DNA of 64,000 bases. Source: Felis catus. Its lineage: Eukaryota. This document shows, piece after piece, positions 60,314 to 64,000 of this stretch. The notes under the pieces are model-generated. The model ran no database searches, had not been told where the DNA came from, and saw nothing but the letters and a program-made list of their open reading frames with translations. The translations under genes were made by a program, and so were the position numbers. Where the stretch lies: positions 11,472,001 to 11,536,000 of the forward strand of contig NC_058369.1 of NCBI RefSeq assembly GCF_018350175.1, given 5' to 3'. Numbering within the stretch: position 1 is the stretch's first letter; every line of letters begins with the position of its first letter.

Positions 60314-63300
60314 GAGTAGACGGATGGGGAGCAGGGCCAGACCAGGGTTACACTCGACTGCAGGGGCCAGTGTCAGGGCGGAAGGATGAGGTGCATGTTG
60401 AAGGTGTGAGGGTTGGGAAAGCAAGGCCTGGACCAGCCAAGGGACAGAGATCTCAAAAAATGGGGTCTCTTGAGAACACAGGAGTCATAAATGTGAGCTA
60501 CTCAGGGGAGGGCAAGCAATTCAGTGGCACCAAACCCCCGCACAGCCTAGAGGTGCAGGTCTGAGGGTGCGGGCATCCTGCTTCTGAGATTCTGGGACCC
60601 CAGCTCTGGAGATTCTGGGCGTCCCAGATTCGTTGATTCTGTGATTGGCGTTGTCTAAGGATTCCATGAGCCAGGGGGCTGTGTTGGCCTCTTTGAGCAG
60701 CTCCAGCGAGGCTCCTATTTTTAGTGGCAGCATTTTGGAGGAAGCAGGCCAAGCAGGGCCCCGTGTCCAAGACACCTGGGAGCTGGGGGGCTTGCCCAGA
60801 GGCCTCCATGGCCAGAGGGGATCCAGAAGTCCCTATAGGTCGGACGAGGTGCCCAGATGCAGCCCTTGGCAGTGGCCATGCCAAGGGGCCCTCATGGACT
60901 CCTGCTATCTTGGGGGTCCCCAACAGGGTTTGAAAATGAGAGAAGGAAAATGAGAAGGGTGTCCATTTGCAGCTTGAACCCCAAGCCAGGCAGCTTGGCA
61001 GAGTGACCATGAATCTAGACTTTGGAGGCAGACAGATCCAAGTTCAAGGCCCAGTGGTGACTGAAGGGCACACCTTTCCCACCTGTTTCCTCCTCTGTAT
61101 AAAGGGAACAGCCAGCACCCATCTTGCAGGGCCAGCGACGGATGCCAAGGAGATCACACAGTACATGCTCCATCCAGAGAGGCGGCGGTGGGAGGAAGGA
61201 AGGGCTGTGAGGGTGCCTGGGACGGGGGTCGGGGTTGGCTTGGAGGTATCCCAGGTTGGAAGCTGGAGGCTGGACCCAGAGCTCACTCCATGCTCTGATT
61301 TCCTCCCCAGCCTGGGGCTCCACGCAAGGGCAGAAATAGTATGTCGTTCATTCCCTGGCCCCCGGTCCCAATGCCAGGCACGCACCAGACTCCCATCAAT
61401 CCTTGTGGACCATCTCAGCCCCCTAAGCCTTGGCTGCACCCAGGAGGCCGAGGAGAGAGAGGCCAAACATCAGGCGGGGGCTGCAAGGACGCTGTGGGGG
61501 CTCCAAGTCAATAGGCATAATGGAGGACAGAGAAGGCAGTGGACGCATCCGTGTGCAGACAGAGAAGTTTGGAAGTAGCCACTCCAGGGGTACCTTTGGG
61601 GGGCTCCAAGGGCAGGGGCAGGGTGAGGGAAGGCCCAGGCTTCAGGGTGGAACAGCAGCCCCAGAGGCTGTTCCTATTTATAGACATCACAAGACTCCTA
61701 GGGCAGGTGCCCAAGCCAGGAAGGGGGGTCGAGCAGGCTGAGAGGACAGCAGGGGAGGCGCTGCATCCCAAGCCCAGGCCCTCATCTAACCTCCAGGCTG
61801 TGACCCGCCCCCCCCAACCAAGTCAAGCCACCCCTGCCCCAAGCCCCCATCCACTCAAGGACATCATTTAGGGTGGGCCTGGCCCCCTTTGGCAGCCACA
61901 TCCCCCTCCTCTCCAGGGACATGCACTGGAGCCTGGCTGATTCCCTGGAGGGAGGGAGGACGCACCTACCTACTTACCTTCCCCCTCTCTTGCCAGACCT
62001 GGGGCTTCTGCCAGGTAGAGAACTGACCAGCTCCTCAGAAGCAGAGAGGATTCTGGGACCCCAGACCCTGTTTCCCTGGAGCTCTCATAAAATCAAGGTC
62101 TCAGGCCTGCCCTGGCCAGTTACATGCCGTGGAACATGGCTCTCCTTCTGTCTGGGTCTTGGTTATGAATGATCTAGAGGAGGCGATTGCTAAGGTTCCC
62201 TGAGCACTGATACTCTGCCCTCAGTCTCACCCTGTCCCCTGCTGTGTAACACCTTCAGTAGCTACCCATTACTTCCATGCCATTGCATATGTGGAGCCTG
62301 ATGCCTAGATGGCCCCTGCCTGTCTGTTCCTCATCCAGGACTCCTGGATGGCCCCCAGGCTGGGCCTCACCCACTGTAGCCACAGCAACTATGTCATAAC
62401 ACCTGGTAGCTGGTTTGTCTCCCAGCCAGATGGCAGGGTTCATGAGTGTGAGGATGCTGTATGTGTGTGGCCCCAAGAAGGTGCTCAGTAAATATCTGAA
62501 TATCATGAGCATTGCTAAGGGTGAGCTGGGGGCAGGTCCAGGATGCCTTGACACAGCGTGGTGGTTAAAGACCAGGGCTGTCAAGCCAGGTTACTGCCAG
62601 CTGTGGGATCATGGGCAACTAATTTAACCCCTCAGGGTCTAAGACTTCCCATCTCGAACATGGGATGATAATAATTGAGGCTACCCCACAGGAATCTGTT
62701 AAGAATGACATGAGATGATCACATAAAGGGCTTGGCATGTAGGAAACTCCTAATAAGGTACCCGGAGGTTCCTGGAAACCAAGGCCTGTAGGGCAGGCCA
62801 AGGAGATGAAGGGAGACATCTGGTGCATCAGCCTGCACTGCCCCCATCACTCTGCTGCTCCTGCCTGGTCCTTGAACACACCAGGCTCCACCTCACCACA
62901 GGACCTTTGCGCCTGCTGTTTCCCCCACCTGGCTTGTCCTTCCCACCATTCTTTCAATGCTCCATTCAAATTCCACCCACTCAGGGAGGTTTCCCAGGTC
63001 CTCCGGGCATGATCCTAGCACTCTATGTAAAACCTTTACGGCACCTGTTACTACCTGCCCTCACGTTATTTATATAGTTGCTTATTGCCTGTCTCTAGGA
63101 GGTCAGGCCTCTTGTAGGAAGGGAGTTTTGCCTCTTTTGTTCATGGCTGTATCCCCAGCACCTAGAAAACATCCTGACACCATAGTAGTTGCTGAGTATT
63201 TAATGAATGAATAACAAATCTGGAGGTGAGGACAGTATGAGACCCCCTTCTGCTGGGTAAACTGAGGCACAAAGGGGTAGCTGGTGTCCCTGACTAGCCA

Positions 63301-63727
63301 GTCTCTCCCCGGCCACTAGAGGGCACAAGCTGTTTTAACCTGTGGCTCAGGAGCAGGACTCACCGACAGTGTAGCAAGAGGGAGGTGGAACAGACTGATG
63401 GGACTGGGGTACACCTGGGGAACAAGTGGGCTGCTCAGGGTGCTAAGCTGTGCACTTGTATCCAATTAACGAGCTCAGAAGAGGGAACCAGGCCGACCCG
63501 AGTTCAAGCCCCAGCTCCTTGCCACCCCCTGTGGGGGGAGGGCATTCATCAGGTCTGTTTTCACAACCATAAAATGGGAAAACAAGCAGAGCACAAAGAG
63601 AAGGCTCCGGACCCAAGCAGAATCAGAATCCCATCCCAACCCCTGCTGGGCTGGGTGACCTAGCCCTCTCTGAACCTCAGGGACCAGGCTGGATGCTCCC
63701 CCAGGGCCGCAGGGCCCACTCTCTTAC

Positions 63728-63932
63728 CAGAAATGCCACTTCTGCCATCCAGAATGTCTCGGGGTCCCTCCTTGGTGACAGGCAGGTAATGGGTGGACCG
63801 GAAGATGCCACCTTCCCCCTCAGCAGCCTCGGCCCCACCTTCGATGTCTTCCCTCGGTGCTGGGCCGGGCAGTCTCTCGGGGCCACGAGGACGATCTGGG
63901 GCGGCCAGGCCGCCTGCCAGGGGCCCATCCAT
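63728..63932 (-). CDS. WIZ: WIZ first coding exon of the long isoform (exon 2; MDGPLAGGLAAPDRP...GRSGIS, 205 nt)
   Basis: TCCATGG start; GTAAGA donor; candidate acceptor cccccag at 63992. Confidence 0.92.
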
Positions 63933-64000
63933 GGATGCTGTCTGCCTGGCTCCACTCAATTGCTGGTCTGGCTCAGCAAGGCATTGTAAGTCTGGGGGCA

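Larger units (their letters stand above)
40907..63932 (-). other. WIZ: WIZ (widely interspaced zinc finger motifs) gene, long isoform CDS in 12 exons, 5670 nt / 1889 aa if all cassettes are included
   Basis: 12 widely spaced C2H2 fingers, several with the RKGLSSHARxHLRxxG..GSPIDxL signature and PLNL(S/T) motifs; continuous frame across GT-AG junctions; synteny with AKAP8L/AKAP8. Exon numbers below assume one non-coding exon upstream of the window. Confidence 0.97.

Overview
Mammalian genomic DNA, almost certainly from a felid: the many tRNA-derived Can-SINEs include young SINEC_Fc-type copies. Three known nuclear-protein genes lie head-to-tail on the minus strand. WIZ has a complete long-isoform CDS in 12 coding exons (63932->40907, 1889 aa by my exon sum, 12 C2H2 fingers) plus an internal CpG-island first exon for a short isoform. 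AKAP8L is complete in 14 coding exons (36688->9378, 651 aa). AKAP8/AKAP95 is present as coding exons 1-8 (8931->825); the rest is off the left edge. All exon boundaries were read from splice signals and checked for frame continuity. Introns contain Can-SINEs, old L1/L2/MIR remnants, an MLT1 LTR and hAT DNA-transposon relics. I found no evidence of a wholly new biological system. The most interesting signals are architectural: a GC-AG intron, a candidate poison exon/detained intron in AKAP8L, the AKAP8L terminal exons and poly(A) site embedded in the AKAP8 promoter, WIZ symmetric finger cassettes whose CtBP-type motif survives any exon skipping, near-identical WIZ finger exons, and nested/inverted SINEs.
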